From the human T2T-CHM13v2.0 reference genome, Homo sapiens, in assembly GCF_009914755.1 (NCBI RefSeq), contig NC_060929.1: a stretch of DNA of 64,000 nucleotides. One strand, written 5' to 3'. Under the pieces are notes generated by a model. It made no database searches. It worked only from the letters and a program-made list of their open reading frames with translations, and was not told the origin of the DNA. Positions 42,108 to 56,286 of this stretch are shown piece after piece. A program made the position numbers and the translations under genes. The first letter of the stretch is position 1; each line of letters opens with the position of its first letter.

Positions 42108-43326
42108 CAGGATGTATTTATTACAAAGCCAATGCAGCTTAAGTTTCTACCCTCATTTATAAGACAGCTTCTACTGTCCAAGGCCCTGGGAGGGCCACTG
42201 GTAAGGTGCGCAGATAGTCCTACATTCCTGAAAAATTTGCAGATAGTATTTTAACTGCAAGTATAATTTCTGTCTCTTTCCACTCCTATTTTTCCTCTTT
42301 CACACTTTTCCTCCAGTCAGATATGTAGCCAAAGGCATTTTTGGCATTCTGAACTAAGGGGAAGTTGTTCAGAGATACATTTAGTTTGGTATTTGTGGAA
42401 TCTATTTGTGTGATTTGCCTTCATTTCTGTGTGCACGTAAGTTATCACTGGCTGTATGGTATTAGAATGGCTTCCAGGAATACTCCTACCACCCTCTAAG
42501 CCAATATGCCCTGCTCTGGGGCATGGGGCAGAGTCAGAGATGGGATCATGATATGAACATGGTGTCATGCATCAGAAGTGTGTGGGTAGTGGAAAAGAAA
42601 ATAAGTTTGAAATGTACAGAGCCAGAAACTAGTTTCTGACAAATTTTTCCAATCATCAGATATATAAATCATAATATACATAAATATATAAAGTGGTAGA
42701 TTCTATTCTTTTTATTGCCTAGTCAAGACAGTTCTCTCCTATTAGGACTATATACTCGATAATGCAGCTAATATAATTATACCAACCTTATTCTTTTTCT
42801 TTCTTTTTTGGTGATATTTGTGCATAATAGACTTTATCAGAATTCTTGTGTTTATAAGGCACAAACCCGAAGTAATACTAAAAACACCCACTGCATTTGT
42901 GTATGTGTCACATAGTAGATTATCATCACATTATCAAAACTGGGTTTGAATTTGAAATAAATCTTTAGCCCATCAATAAAAAGGTAAGTTTTTTTCTAGA
43001 GAAAAAAAACTAAACCACCTTCTTTTCTGTTTACTGAAAATATTATGAGGTTGTTGCCATATGAAGAGATCAATGAGTATCAGCTATAAATTATAAAAAA
43101 ATATTGTAGAATATGTCAGACAGTTAGTTCATAAGAGCACTATATTACTTTTCTGGATTTGGAGATGTTTATGGAATCTGTAAACTCTTTCCAATTCATA
43201 ATTTGATTTTTTTCCTCATTTAAATGTATAATCACTTTCATGCCTAATTCCTTGTTCGTACTTTTCTTAAAGAAGACTCTAAAATTGTATAAGCTTCAGG
43301 CCCATAAAACCTGGATCTGCCCTCTG
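42108..43326 (-). mobile_element. Zaphod/MER115-type hAT-Tip100 DNA transposon derivative
   Basis: Terminal aattgtataagcttcaggcccataaaacctggatctgcccct resembles the recalled MER115 end; other end near 42108. Confidence 0.6.
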
Positions 43327-43440
43327 ATTATAACTTCTTCTATGCCCATGGTCTCCAACAGATCTGTTTTTTCTATTCGTAGAACTTGATACACACTGTA
43401 TACTTTGCAGCACTGAGTGAAGGAATGGATGTGGTTTTCC

Positions 43441-43480
43441 CAGCTAGGGGAATGAACTCTCAGCTAGCGGAATGAACTCC
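43441..43480 (+). repeat. 20-bp tandem duplication
   Basis: cagctaggggaatgaactct / cagctagcggaatgaactcc. Confidence 0.85.
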
Positions 43481-43680
43481 CAACAGGAATGCATGTTGGC
43501 TTGTGACTGCCTGTTATCAGCCCCTCATTTTTGGAAATTTTGAAAATATTGGTAGGAAAACTAATTTTACACAAATGGTTTTGAGTAGTTTTTACTTTGC
43601 CATTTTTTTCAGACCACCAAAAATTGTTATTTTAAAAAATACACACTATTCAATTACCCATTCTGAAATATTTGACTCAC

Positions 43681-46600
43681 TTTTTTTATTTCAGTACGTT
43701 TTTGGGAAACAGGTAGTGTTTGGTTACAATGATAAGTTCCTTAGTGGTGATTTCTGAGATTTTGGTGCACCCATCACCCAAGTAGTGTGCACTGTACCCA
43801 ATGTGTAGTCCTTTATCCCTCACCCCCCTCCCACCCTTTCCCCCAAGTCCCCAGAGTCCATTGTATCATTCTTAAGCCTTTGTGTCCTCATATCTTAGCT
43901 CCCACTTATGAGTGAGAACATACGATATTTGATTTTCCATTCCGAGTTATTTCACTTAGAATAATAGTCTCCAATTCCATCCAGGTTGCTGCAAATGCCA
44001 TTATTTCATTCCTTTTTGTGGCTGAGTAGTATCCCATGGTATATATATACTACATTTTCTGTATCCACTCATTGATTGATGGGCATTTGGGCTGGTTCCA
44101 TATTTTTGCAATTGTGAATTGTGTTGCTATAAACATGTATATGCAAGTATCTTTTTCATGTAATGACTTCTTTTCCTCTGGGTAGATACTCAGGAGTGGG
44201 ACTGCTGGATCAAATGGTAGATCTATTTTCAGTTCTTTAAGGAATCTCCACACTGTTTGCCATAGTGGTGGTACTGATTTCCATTCCCATCAACAGTGTA
44301 AAAGTGTTCCCTTTTCACCACATCCACACCAACATCTATTATTTTTTTGATTTTTTTATTATGGCCATTCTTGCAGGAGTAAGGTGGTATCGCATTGTGG
44401 TTTTGATTCACATTTCCCTGATCATTAGTAATGCTGAGCATTTTATCATATGTTTGTTAACCATTTATATATCTTCTTTTGAGAAGTGTCTATTCATGTC
44501 CTTAGCCCACTTTTTGATGGGATTGTTTGGTTTTTTCTTGCTTATTTGATTGATTTCCTTGTACATTCTGGATATCAGTCCTTTGTCAGATGTATAGATT
44601 GTGAAGATTTTCTCCCACTCTGTGGGTTGTCTGTTTACTCTGCTGATTATTTCTTTTGCTTTTCAGAAGCTTTTTAGTTTACTTAAGTCACACCTATTTA
44701 TCTTTGTTTTTGTTGCATTGGCTTTTGGGTTCTTAGTCATGAAGCCTTTGCCTAAGCCAATGTCTAGAAGGGTTTTTCTGATGTTATATTCTAGAATTTT
44801 TATGGTTTCAGGTCTTAGAGTAAAGCCTTTGTTCCATCTTGAGGAGATTTTTATATAAGGTGGGAGATGACGATACAGTTTCATTCTTCTGCATGTGGCT
44901 TACCAATTATCCCAGCATCATTTGTTGAGTAGGGTGTCCTTTCCCCACTTTTTGTTTTGTTTGCCTTGTCAAAGATCAGTTGGCTGTAGGCATTTGGCTT
45001 TATTTCTGCATTTTTTATTCTGCTCCATTGGTCTATGTGCCTGTTTTTATACCAGTACCATGCTGTTTTGGTGACTATGGCTTATGGTATAGTTTGAAGT
45101 CAGGTAATGTGATGCCTCCATAATTGTTCCTTTTGCTTAGTCTTGCTTTGGCTATGTGGGCTGATTCCATATGAATTTTAGGATTTTTTTTTTCTAGTTC
45201 TGTGAAGAATGATAGTGGTATTTTGATGGAAATTGCATTGAATTTGTAACTTGCTTTTGGCATTATGGTCATTTTCACAATATTCATTCTACCTATCCAT
45301 GAGCATGGGATGTATTTCCATTTGTTTGTGTTGTCTATGATCTTTTTCAGCAGTGTTTTGTAGTTTTCCTTGTAGACGTCTTTCACCTCCTTGGTTAGTT
45401 ATATTCCTAAGTATTTTATTTGTTTTGTAGCTATTGTAAAAGGGGTTGAGTTATTGATGTGATTCTCAGCTTGGTCGCTGTTGGTATATAGCAAAGCTAC
45501 TGATTTGTGTACATTAATTTTGTATCCAGAAACTTTGCTGAATTCATTTATCTGTGTTAGGAGCTTTTTGGATGAGTTTTTAGGGTTTTCTAGGTATACC
45601 ATCATATCACGGGCAAACAGTGACAGTTTGACTTCCTCTTTACCCATTTGGATGCTTTTTATTTCTTTCTATTTTCTGATTGCTCTGGCTGGGACTTTCA
45701 ATACTATGTTGAATAGAAGTGGTGAGAGTGGACATCCTTGTGCTGTCCCAGTTCTCAGGGGGAATGCTTTCAACTTTTCACCATTCAGTATAATGTTGGC
45801 TGGTGTTTGTCATAGATGGCTTTTATTATCTTAAACTATGTCGCTTGTATGCTAATTTTGCTGAGGGTTTTAATCATAAAGCGATGCTAGATTTTGTCAA
45901 ATGCTTTTTCTGCATCTATGGAGATGATCATGTGATTTTTGTTTTTAATTCTGTTTATGTGGTATATCACATTTATTGACTTGGGGATGTTAAACCATCC
46001 CTGCATCCCTGGTATAAAACCCACTTGATCATGGTAAATTATCTTTTTGATATACTATTGGATTCAGTCAGCTAGTATTTTATTGAGGATTTTCTCATCT
46101 ATGTTCATCAGGGATATTGGTCTGTAGTTTTCTTTTTTGTTATGTCCTTTCCTGGTTTTGGTACTGGGGTGGTATTTTCCTGTTCAACTAGTCCTTTTAT
46201 CATTGTATAATGTCCCTCTTTGTCTATTTTAACTGTTGTTGCTTTAAAGTTAGTTTTGTCTGATATAAGAATAGCTACTCCTACTTACTTTTGGTGTCCA
46301 TTTGCATGGAATATCTTTTTCCATCCCTTTACCTCGGGTTTATGTGAGTCCTTATGTGTTAGGTGAGTCTCTTAAAGACAGCAGATACTTGGTTAGTGAC
46401 ATCTTATCCATTCTGCCATTCTGTATCTTTTAACTGGAGCATTTAGGCCATTTACATTCAACATTAGTATTGCGATGTGAGGTAGTATTCTATTCATTGT
46501 GCTATTTGTTGCCTGAATACCTTGGGGTTTTTTTTCATTGTGTTATTGTTTTATAGGTCCTGTGAGATTTATGCTTTAATGAGGTTCTATTCTGGCATAT

Positions 46601-47890
46601 TTTGAGGATTTGTTTCACGATTTAGAGCTCCTTTAGCTGCTCTTGTAGTGTTGGCTTGGTACTGGTAAATTCCCTCAGCATTTGTTTGTCTGAAAAAGTC
46701 TTTATCTTTCCTTCATTTATGAAGCTTAGTTTTGCTGGGTACAAAAATCTTTGCTGATAATTGTCTTGTTTAAGGAGGCTAAAGATAGGACTCCCTTCTA
46801 CCTTGTAGGTTTTATGTTGAGAAATCTGCTGTTAATCTGAAAGGTTTTCCTTTATTAGGTTACCTGATGCTTTTGACTCACAGCTCTTAAGATTCTTTCC
46901 TTCATCTTGAATTTAGATAATCTGATGACTATGTGCCTAGTCGATTATCTTTTTGTGATGAATTTCCCACATGTTCTTTGAGCTTCCTGTATTTGGGTGT
47001 CTAGGCCTCTAGCAAGGCCAGGAAAGTTTTCCTCAGTTATTCCCTCAAATATGTTTTCCAAACTTTTAAATTTCTCTTCTTCCTCGGGAACACAGATTAT
47101 TGTTAGGTTTGGTTGTTTAACATAATCCCAAACTTCCTGGAGGCTTTTTTCACTTTTTAAATTCTTTTTTCTTTGTCTTTGTTGGATTGGATTAATTCAA
47201 AAACTTGTCTTCACGTTCTGAAGCTCTTTCTTCTACTTGTTTGATTCTATTGTTGAGACATTCCAGTGTATTTTGCGTTTCTCTAAGTGTGTCCTTCATT
47301 TCCAGAAGTTGTGATTGTTTTTTATTTATGCTATCTGTTTCTCTGGAGATTTTTCTGACCATATCCTGTAACATTTTAAAAATTTCTTTAAATTGGTATT
47401 TACCTTTCTCTGGAGGCTCCTTGATTTGCTTAATAATCAACCTTCTGAATTATTTTTCTGGCAATTCAGAGATTTCTTCCTGGTTTGGATCCATTGCTGG
47501 TAAGCTAATATGATCTTTTGGGGGTGTTAAAAAATCTTGTTTTGTCATATTACCGGAATTGTTTTTCTGGTTCCTTCTCATTTGGGTAGACAATGTCAGA
47601 GGGAAGATCTGGGGCTCAAGGGCTGCTGTTCAGATTCTTTTGTCCCACAGGGCGATTCCTTGATGTAGTACTCTCCCCCTTCCCCTAGGGATGGGGCTTC
47701 CTGAGAGCCAGACTGCAGTGATTATTATTTCTCTTCACGGATGTAGCCACTCAGCAGAGCTACCAGGCTCTGGGCCGATACTGAGGAATGTCTGCAAAGT
47801 GTCCTGTGTTGTGATCCGTCTTCAGGTCTCTCAGCCATGGATACCAGCACCTTCCCCAGTGGAGGTAGCCGGGGAGTGAAGTAAACTCCG
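43681..47890 (-). mobile_element. L1PB-type LINE with ORF1 and ORF2 remnants and an internal deletion
   Basis: L1PB-type 3'UTR at 43690-43900; ORF2p-like peptides ([18 protein letters not shown]); ORF1p-like coiled-coil peptide at 47192-47440; degenerate TSD tgactYaYtttt at 43673 and 47891. Confidence 0.92.
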
Positions 47891-48895
47891 TGACTTATTT
47901 TTTAAATGAAGTTTTAAATTTCATGGACATTTATTTTGGATGAATTTAGCTTAAAGTCCTCACTTTCATTAAAAGCTTTTGATTTTTGAACAGATAAAAA
48001 ATTCAATCAGGTTCATTTATATGCTTTCACCTCTAAAGATGTTTATTATTTATTTAGGCTTCATGTTTCATAAAAACAAAACCAGGCAAATGTAATTGAA
48101 TTGAAGGTTCTAGGAGTTGCCTCCTTGTGTAATTATGTGGAAGACCTAGCATGGAGCTACATGGGGCAAACTGGGAAGCCCTGCCAAGAAGCACATAAGT
48201 GATGAATGAGTGCTTATATATAGCCCAGCAGTAACAATAATCATCTCTTCTATTTGCACAGTGCCTTACTCATGGGAACTTTTTATAGGCATTACTTTAT
48301 AAACCTTGCTGGCCTTTCACTGTGGTAGATGGATTACAGTTTTTCTCTGCATTACTTAGATGAAGTAAGCAGGTAACAGGAAAAAAAAAAGTTTTCTGTT
48401 GTTGCTGTATGGCAAAACTATGCGAACAAATTAGTCCAGGTAGTATATATACAGCCAGATACATGACCAAAATGGCATTATCCAAGTTCATGGACGAATT
48501 TATTCACCCAGCTTGGCTTCAAATTATTTGGGCTATTTTCAAAAATCAAACCCACTTTCGAGGGTCATTTAATTCCATTTCTTTATCTCACTCAGGGTGA
48601 TTTCTAGAGCCCCAGAGCATATAAAGATTTCAGAAGTAGACACAATACTCTTTGAAAGAGAAGGTCAGAGAGAACTACGTGAGATTCCCAGTTCTACACT
48701 GACTCATTATATGATTCTGTGGGCTTAAATGTTCTAATGCTGGTTGTGACTGTTATAGGACAACGAGGGAGATCCACAGAGAAATAATGGTATATTTACT
48801 CATCACCCAGAGCTCCTAGAAGCTAGCAAATACATTCTTTCCTCTCTAGTCCTAGCACTTAGCACATAGAAAAAACTCTACTTTACTAAAGCAGA

Positions 48896-48960
48896 ATCTT
48901 GAGTCTATTCTTCAATAGATCTTAAATCTATTCTTCAAGAAGAATAGATTCTTCTTGAGT
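48896..48960. repeat. Overlapping direct and inverted repeats
   Basis: tctattcttcaa at 48904 and 48927; hairpins 48925-48950 (12-bp arms) and 48935-48958 (11-bp arms). Confidence 0.9.
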
Positions 48961-49529
48961 AAATAAGGCTCAGATCCTGCTTCCAGGAGCTGAAATCTCT
49001 GTTGGTGACTGACACAGATCCGGGATACTATAGAAGGCAGACAATGTACATGCAGTTTGAAAATTAAATTATGAGCCTAACTCTCCAAACTATCATTTTC
49101 CACAACATGTCTCTTGCTCATCCTCATATTGCTGTGTTTAGATCTAGAAATAAACTGCACATTTCCAATGCTTAGTGCAACAAAATAAACCTTGCCTAAT
49201 GTAAAAAACTAACAGCTGCCAGTATAATCCCGGAGAAAGGGAAAGTTTCTATTTATTCCTTCAAATAGCCCCATAAGGGCAGGGTAATATTCCATGAGGA
49301 GATCTCACTTCAAACATGCTCCTGTTTGGAGGGAAAAGAAATCTGGAAGCAGGAATGGGGAAGTAGAACAGGTATCTTCAGTGGTCTCACAGAGTTGTCC
49401 TTTGGCCTCTTAAGGAGAATTATCTGTGACCCTGGTCAGCTTCCCCAGTCATATCTGTTGCCCTTCCTTGTGCCCAAGAAGTCCGCACTCTATGCACGCA
49501 CTCTGGTTCAGGGCCTTTGCCCCTTCTTT

Positions 49530-50790
49530 GCCTACAATACTCTGGCAGGGTAAATTCTGAGCTGTCCTTCAAAACTGGGCCAGGTATCACTGCCTTCAGA
49601 AAGCCTGCCCTGGCACCAATCTCCCTTTCTCTGTGCTCACATTGTGCCTTTTATTTATCTTCGGTATAACATTCATTATACATTAAATTATACTTGTTAT
49701 ATTTGTCCTTCTTTCTCACTGTGCTGCCTTTTGTTTCTAACCGATCACTGAGCACAGTTCCTGGCATAAAGTAGACAACGATAAATGCTAGACGGATGAA
49801 TACATTTCAGGTAGGTTATGGATGAATGAAGACCTTCCCTGTTTGACAAGCAAGGCTGACCCTTGCTGGGAGTGCTGCTGACTTCACCCCAGGAGGGCTG
49901 AAGCTCAGCAGAACATTCAGGGCACACAAGTCACTAATATGCTCAATATAGGGAGAATAGCAAGTGGCAGATAAAATTATACCGCAGGCCTTATGATTCA
50001 TAGTCCAGGAACTTTCCACTACTCCACAGGGATTTATTAATAGATCTGAATTCAGATTTGACTCTCAGCAATCCCAAATATTTTATTCTTGCAACTGGGA
50101 AAAGAGAGGGGAAAATTACACAACAAAAAGGATACTATGAGCAATATAGGCTTAAATTTTTACCTCCATAAATATAAATGTAAGTTAATTTTAGCTTAAT
50201 TTCACATTGAATTCATTTGTTTAAAAATTAATTATGGTAAAGTTGAATTAAGTTACATAGGAAAGAGATAAGCATTTACTTAAAGAAAACATCCATTTTT
50301 AATTTAATATTCCCTTACACATGCCACACACTTTCATATCTTCATGCCTCTGCTATTATTTTCTCTGTGCCGGAAATAACATTTTCCTCAAACAATACTT
50401 AGTCAAAAAGTATTTATTGTGTAATAAGGCACTAGAGATCCATTGGTGAATAAAACCAGTGTGGCAGGTTCTTATGTTGCTTATAATCAGAAAAAGACAG
50501 GCATTAAAGAGGATTCTGAGTGTCTTGAATACTGGGAAAGTAGAGTAGAAGGCAGAGGGAGCAATGGGGGGTGCAACCCAGTCCATGGAGTCGTAAAGCA
50601 GCAGTCCCTGAGGAAATGAAACAGAACATGAGACTGGAAGAGAGGGAGAGGGAGAGGTAGAATCCCATTTGTAGAAATAGCATTTGCTATTCTCTGTGGA
50701 AGAGAAAACACATTTCAAGTTGCTGAAAGAACACTGGGTCTCTGGAGCAGAGAGGGAGAGAGGGTTGGAGGAAATGAGGTAAAGCCCAGA
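49530..50790. mobile_element. Two L2 3' fragments (plus at about 49530-49830, minus at about 50390-50790)
   Basis: gcacagttcctggcata...gatgaatga; aagtatttattg...aggcactagagat. Confidence 0.55.
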
Positions 50791-51399
50791 CACACTTTCC
50801 TCAAAGAGTAAACATGAAACTTCAAAGCTTAATTATCCCAAATTATAAACAAAATAAAACTCTCCAGGATTAATATCATCCTATTTGTTTTTCTTTTAGA
50901 GGTTGTATTTGGTTGACGTAGATGCTGATTTAGTAGTGACTCTTGTAATACATCATCTTTTGGGAAAAAAAGACATTCATTTCTTTTGTGTAGCTGGACA
51001 TCACGGATCACCACCCAGGATCTGTCTGCTGATCCTTGCATGATTCCATGCTCTCCAACATTCAAAGGCAAATCCGAATTCCAAATCAGTCATTGATATG
51101 AACATGAAATCCCCAAGGAAGCACGTTCCAAGCTGAGTAAGAATGATAAGGGTTAGATGAGTTGTCAATTGCTTCACAGCATATTATGCCAAATCCTAGC
51201 CTCTTAAACAATGAGCATGTATTATCTTACACGGTATCTGTGGGTTCTGAATCTGGAAGTAAATTGGCTAGGTAGCTCTGGCTCAGGGACTTTCATGAGG
51301 TGGACAATCCAAGGCTGAGAATACCAAGAAGGGTGATCACTGGGGACCATCATGGAGGCTGGCCACCACAAAAACTCTGAATATTTCTAATCTGAAAGG

Positions 51400-51625
51400 C
51401 AGTATTTGGTGAAAGGACATTAGCCTTGGAGTTACTTGGATCTATATTTGAATCACAACTCTGCCACTTACTGCGCCACCTTAGCCCCATTAACTAATCT
51501 TTCTAAATTCCAGTTTTCTCATTTGTCAGATGGGGCTAATAGCATCTAGCTTATTGGACTATTCTGAGGATTAGGTACAGATAATTTTGGAGGCTGGCAA
51601 GTTGGAGGCACTGAAGAATTGTTAT
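51400..51625 (+). mobile_element. MIR
   Basis: tttgaatcacaactctgccacttact...cagttttctcatttgt. Confidence 0.75.
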
Positions 51626-52654
51626 CACTATAGCTACAACATAGGTGAATTGTCACTGTAAAAACACAGTTGGAAGTCATTATCCACAAAACCTTATGTC
51701 AAATTCTAAGGTTTTGTTTTACCTATTTGTTTTATTATCACCATATATTCTTTTATAACCTAGTGAGAGCCAAACAAAGGGAAAACGAAAGGTACATGAG
51801 GCTTTAAAAAATTATTTACTTTTATGTATTTGGATACATGTAAAAACCATAAGAATTTTAAGGGCCAAACTTGAAGAGTCAAAAAACTGTCAAGCTATTT
51901 CAGTTCTCCCATATGACTGAAGTCCATATTTTGATGACCTTAAGTAAACATGGAAATAAATAAATAATAATAAAGAAAATAGAAGGGGAAAGAAAAACCA
52001 CCAATACTGAGCTAAGTGGGTTTCTTAAAATTTTAACTCTTCTGAAAAAAAAAAGGATTATCTCTTTTTATAAAAAGACAAGTTCTGTCTCAAGTCAAAA
52101 TAAAACTTTTTTTCCCAACATTGCTACTGGTTTATGAGGCTAAACAAATGTTCTGTACTCAGGAATTTGAGAACTGTGCTTTGGCTTGGTTTTAAATGTC
52201 TCTGGGCTTAGTTTATTTTCTGGAAATATAAGAATAAAGACACTAAGAGAAGATGGTTCTCCATCTGTATACTCAAAATATTATTTCTCTCTTATTGCTG
52301 CTATAACAAGAAATATATATATTTATGTATTTATAATTATATATATGTATATAATTTCTCCAAATTCATATGCTGAGAGTATAAGTGGAAAGGGTCCAGA
52401 CCTGGCCCTGGCAGGCTTTTGTTTCCTGTGGCAAAGCACTAAGTCTCTCTTTTTTCTCATCTCACAAATGGAGAACAAATTGTAAACAGAATTTTGTCAG
52501 ACAATGGAGGAACAGAAAGAAGAGAGAAAAAATCAACAGAGACTATATATACACATAAATTTATAAGCTCCTTCTGGGGAAAAAATGAAGAATTGTCTTT
52601 AGGGACTAGTTCATTCTTTTGGCATTTAAAAAAAATTTAGATAGTCACTATCTG

Positions 52655-52825
52655 AAGTGCTACATTTACTACAAAGCTAATGAAGCTGAAACTTCAGAGT
52701 CTGTCACTTGAATGAACTTCTTCTAATTCAATATTCATTGTTTGCACCTAATTTTGTGGGTTTTTTATTAAAGAAACCCCCTATACTATAAAACTTCAGG
52801 CCCTACAAAACTGAATCTGTCCCAG
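52655..52825 (-). mobile_element. Short Zaphod/MER115-related element
   Basis: Shares both end motifs with 42108-43326 (tacaaagcYaatgMagct; cttcaggccc...aaaac...atctg). Confidence 0.5.
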
Positions 52826-52860
52826 TTGCTACTGCTGTTAACTTAAAGATGCAATTTTCA

Positions 52861-53175
52861 GGCCTGGCACAGTGGCTCACACCTATAATCTCAGCATTTT
52901 AGGAGGCCAAGGCGGGTGATTCACTTGAGCCCAGGAGTTTGAGACCAGCCTGACCAACATGGCGAAATTCCATCTCTACAAAAAATACAAAAATTAGCCA
53001 GGTGTGGTGGCTCCTGCCTGTGGTCCCAGCTGCTTAGGGAGTTGAGGCAGGAGTATCTCTTGAACCCAGGAGATTGAGGCTGCAGTGAGCCATATTCATG
53101 CTACTGCACTCCAGCCTGGGTGACAAAGTGAGATCTTATCTCAAAAAATAAACAAACAAATTAATTAATTAAATA
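52861..53175 (+). mobile_element. AluJ
   Basis: cacttgagcccaggagtttgag; TSD aaagatgcNNttttca. Confidence 0.95.
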
Positions 53176-53629
53176 AAGATGCTGTTTTCAACCAAGACAA
53201 ATTTTCTAAATATTATAATGAAGATTTTATGCCAGTAAGTGAGATGTTATTTACTAACATGTAGTTTAACAAACCTATACAAGAAGCTATCATTATGCTA
53301 TGAAAGGTTTATTCCATTGTGGAATCAATCATTGATTCCTGGAAAATATGAATATGAAATTTATTCCCTACACAATCATCACATTTTTGGGAATATTCAC
53401 CTTAATATAAGACGATCACGTTGTATAAGCCATGTAATTCAGCACACTAGATTATACAACATATTTGTAATGTAGAATTTTATTTTAGAGTAAATTATGG
53501 ATAAATGTATCTTTATTTTCCTTCTTAAGAGAAAAAAAACCTATTGAATCTTTTAGTTATCTACATTATTATATACCACATTTGGGGGGTTTTGAAGAAC
53601 TAAAGCTTCCAAAAATCCCAAAGTTACCA

Positions 53630-53800
53630 AAGAGGGTGGGGTGGGGGTGAGAATTGAAAAATTATCTATTAGGTACAATATTTACTATTAGGCTGATGGG
53701 CATACCAGAAGCCCAGACATCTCCACTTGGCAATATATGCATGTAAGAAACCTGACTGGTACCTCCTAAATCGATAAAAATCTAAAAATACAAAAAACCA
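53630..53800 (+). mobile_element. L1PB/old L1PA 3' end
   Basis: ttgaaaaattatctattaggtacaat...gaagcccagac...gcaatatatgcatgtaa. Confidence 0.7.
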
Positions 53801-53839
53801 CAAAGTGACTTTACTAACAATAATTCTTATTTGCATGGA

Positions 53840-54065
53840 GAAGTAGCATAGGATAGTAGTTAAGAGCCCCAACTTCTTAGCCAGACTGCCTGAGCTCTAA
53901 TGTCGTCTACATAACTTATCATGTTGCACTTTAGTTTGCTCTCCTGTTAAAGGAGGGGTGAAAGCTTACCCCTCATAGGGTTATTGTAAGGATTAAATGA
54001 ATCACCTCATCTGTGAAGTGCTTAGAAAACTACCTACCACATATAAGCACTATAAAAGTGTTACT
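53840..54065 (+). mobile_element. MIR
   Basis: cctcatagggttattgtaaggattaaatga...aagtgcttagaa. Confidence 0.8.
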
Positions 54066-54380
54066 TGAAATACCTTTGGCTGGTTTCTAACTTGGACTGT
54101 CATCTCACATATTGCTTTATTAACCTGGGCAGTGATTTCGATCTTCTCTCCCGCTGTCATTCTTCCGTGAGCAAGGACACCTTGCTTCTAGATCACCTCC
54201 TGAATTGCCACACTTGTACTGGAAGAAATTATATTACTCATCCCTGTATCCTCCTAAGCTATTGTTTTATAGTCTTCTATTCTTAGTAAGAGCCCCTGAA
54301 TGGTTTTTTTATTATTATTATTGCAAGTTAATACAGGAAAAACTAAAATAGAAAACTGTGTGCTTAAAATAAATGTTTCA

Positions 54381-54830
<450 letters not shown>

Positions 54831-55504
54831 TTATATAAAAATTACTGAAAGATGTCTTTATAGTACATATAAATAACCATATCTCTACTGGAAGGTGCCT
54901 CCTCATTTATTAGTCTACATGCCACAAAGAAATAGGCTGAACTGAGATGACTTGACTTTGAACTTTCACTGATATCTAGGTTGATAATAATAAAAAAGAA
55001 TGTGTTTATTATGGCCCTAACCTGCTTCTGTACCCATGAACACCAAATGATTGAGACATGTATATAAAAGTTCTGAAGTCATGCTGTAAAGCATGGTAAA
55101 TAGTTAACTGAAATGTCAAGTGACCTTTCCTACTTATATCCAACTGACAGGAAAGGAGTTTTGTTTGTTATTTTCTATGTAGTTATATAAATGGCCATTA
55201 ATTAATGATAAATAATAATCACACATCATGATGAAATGTTCAGTTAGGCTGACACTACAGTTTTTTGGCCTAGGATTCTTCTTTAGACCCCAAAGAGGAA
55301 TATCATTGTTTATTGCTGAAACCAGAAGAAATAAAATCATTCTGCAGTATATCTGTCAGGATTTTTTATGCTGCCAGAAAGTTATATAACCGTAAGTAAA
55401 GTAATTTCAGCAGCCTTTCATAAATGCAGCTGGAAGAGTGATAACTTTAATTCTGCTAGTCAATTCTTGAGTTGGTCCAGCCAGTTCCATAATCTCTTGA
55501 TAAA

Positions 55505-55740
55505 ATGATAACAACCTAACATTTACTAGATGTCTTCTGTGTGCCAGACGTCTCCTCCTAAACTCTTTTCACAAATAGGCTAATTTAAACTTCACAATAA
55601 CCTTATGAAATAGGAACTATTATTACTCCATTTTCCATGTAGGAAACTGAGGCTTAAAAATATTCTGCCTAATTCCTGTAATAAAAGAGTTGGACTCTAC
55701 ATGAAAATTCTAAATTCCATACTCTAGCCACTTTGCTGTA
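55505..55740 (-). mobile_element. MIR
   Basis: cttcacaataaccttatga...aggaaactgaggctt. Confidence 0.75.
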
Positions 55741-55892
55741 CTCCAACTCCTCCCACCTTTAATTTCCATCCATCATATAGTAACAGATTGGGCTTAAAGA
55801 TGTAGACCTCCTAATGTTAGTGGGATGATTTAAAATCTGGTACAGGAGTTAGATGTGGCACCAAAAGCATGAGTGACAAAAAAATGAATCAG

Positions 55893-56109
55893 TTGAGGTC
55901 AGGAGTTTGAGACCAGCCTGGCCAACATGGTAAAACCCCATTTCTAGTAAAAATACAAAAATGAGCCAGGCGTAATGGCACACACCTGTAGTCCCAGCTA
56001 CTCGGGAGGCTGAGGCAGGAGAATCGCTTGAACCCAGGAGGATTGTGCCACTGCACTCCAGCCTGGGCAAGAGAGGGAGACTCCATCTCAAAAAAAAAAA
56101 AAAAAAAAA
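55893..56109 (+). mobile_element. 5'-truncated AluS with right-arm deletion
   Basis: Begins at tgaggtcaggagtttg; the ggttgcagtgagcc segment is missing at about 56040. Confidence 0.9.
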
Positions 56110-56146
56110 CTTGTACACTGTTATTTGTCAGTTATAGCTCAACAAA

Positions 56147-56286
56147 GCTGAAATAAAACCTGTCCAAATAACAATAATGCTTGTACATGGATATCCACAG
56201 CAGTATTATTTATAATGCTGAAATAAAACCTGTCCAAATAACAATAACACTTGTACATGGATATCCACAGCAGTATTATTTATAAT
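56147..56286 (+). repeat. 70-bp tandem duplication
   Basis: Units 56147-56216 and 56217-56286 differ only at one TG/CA dinucleotide. Confidence 0.95.

Noticed and set aside
44050-47513. L1 ORF1/ORF2-like peptides
   Set aside because: Fragmented by stops and frameshifts; a dead element.
50880-51140. Possible cryptic exon (ttttcttttag acceptor at 50899, gtaaga donor near 51136)
   Set aside because: Such signals are common in introns, and I see no GRAM-domain similarity or other support.
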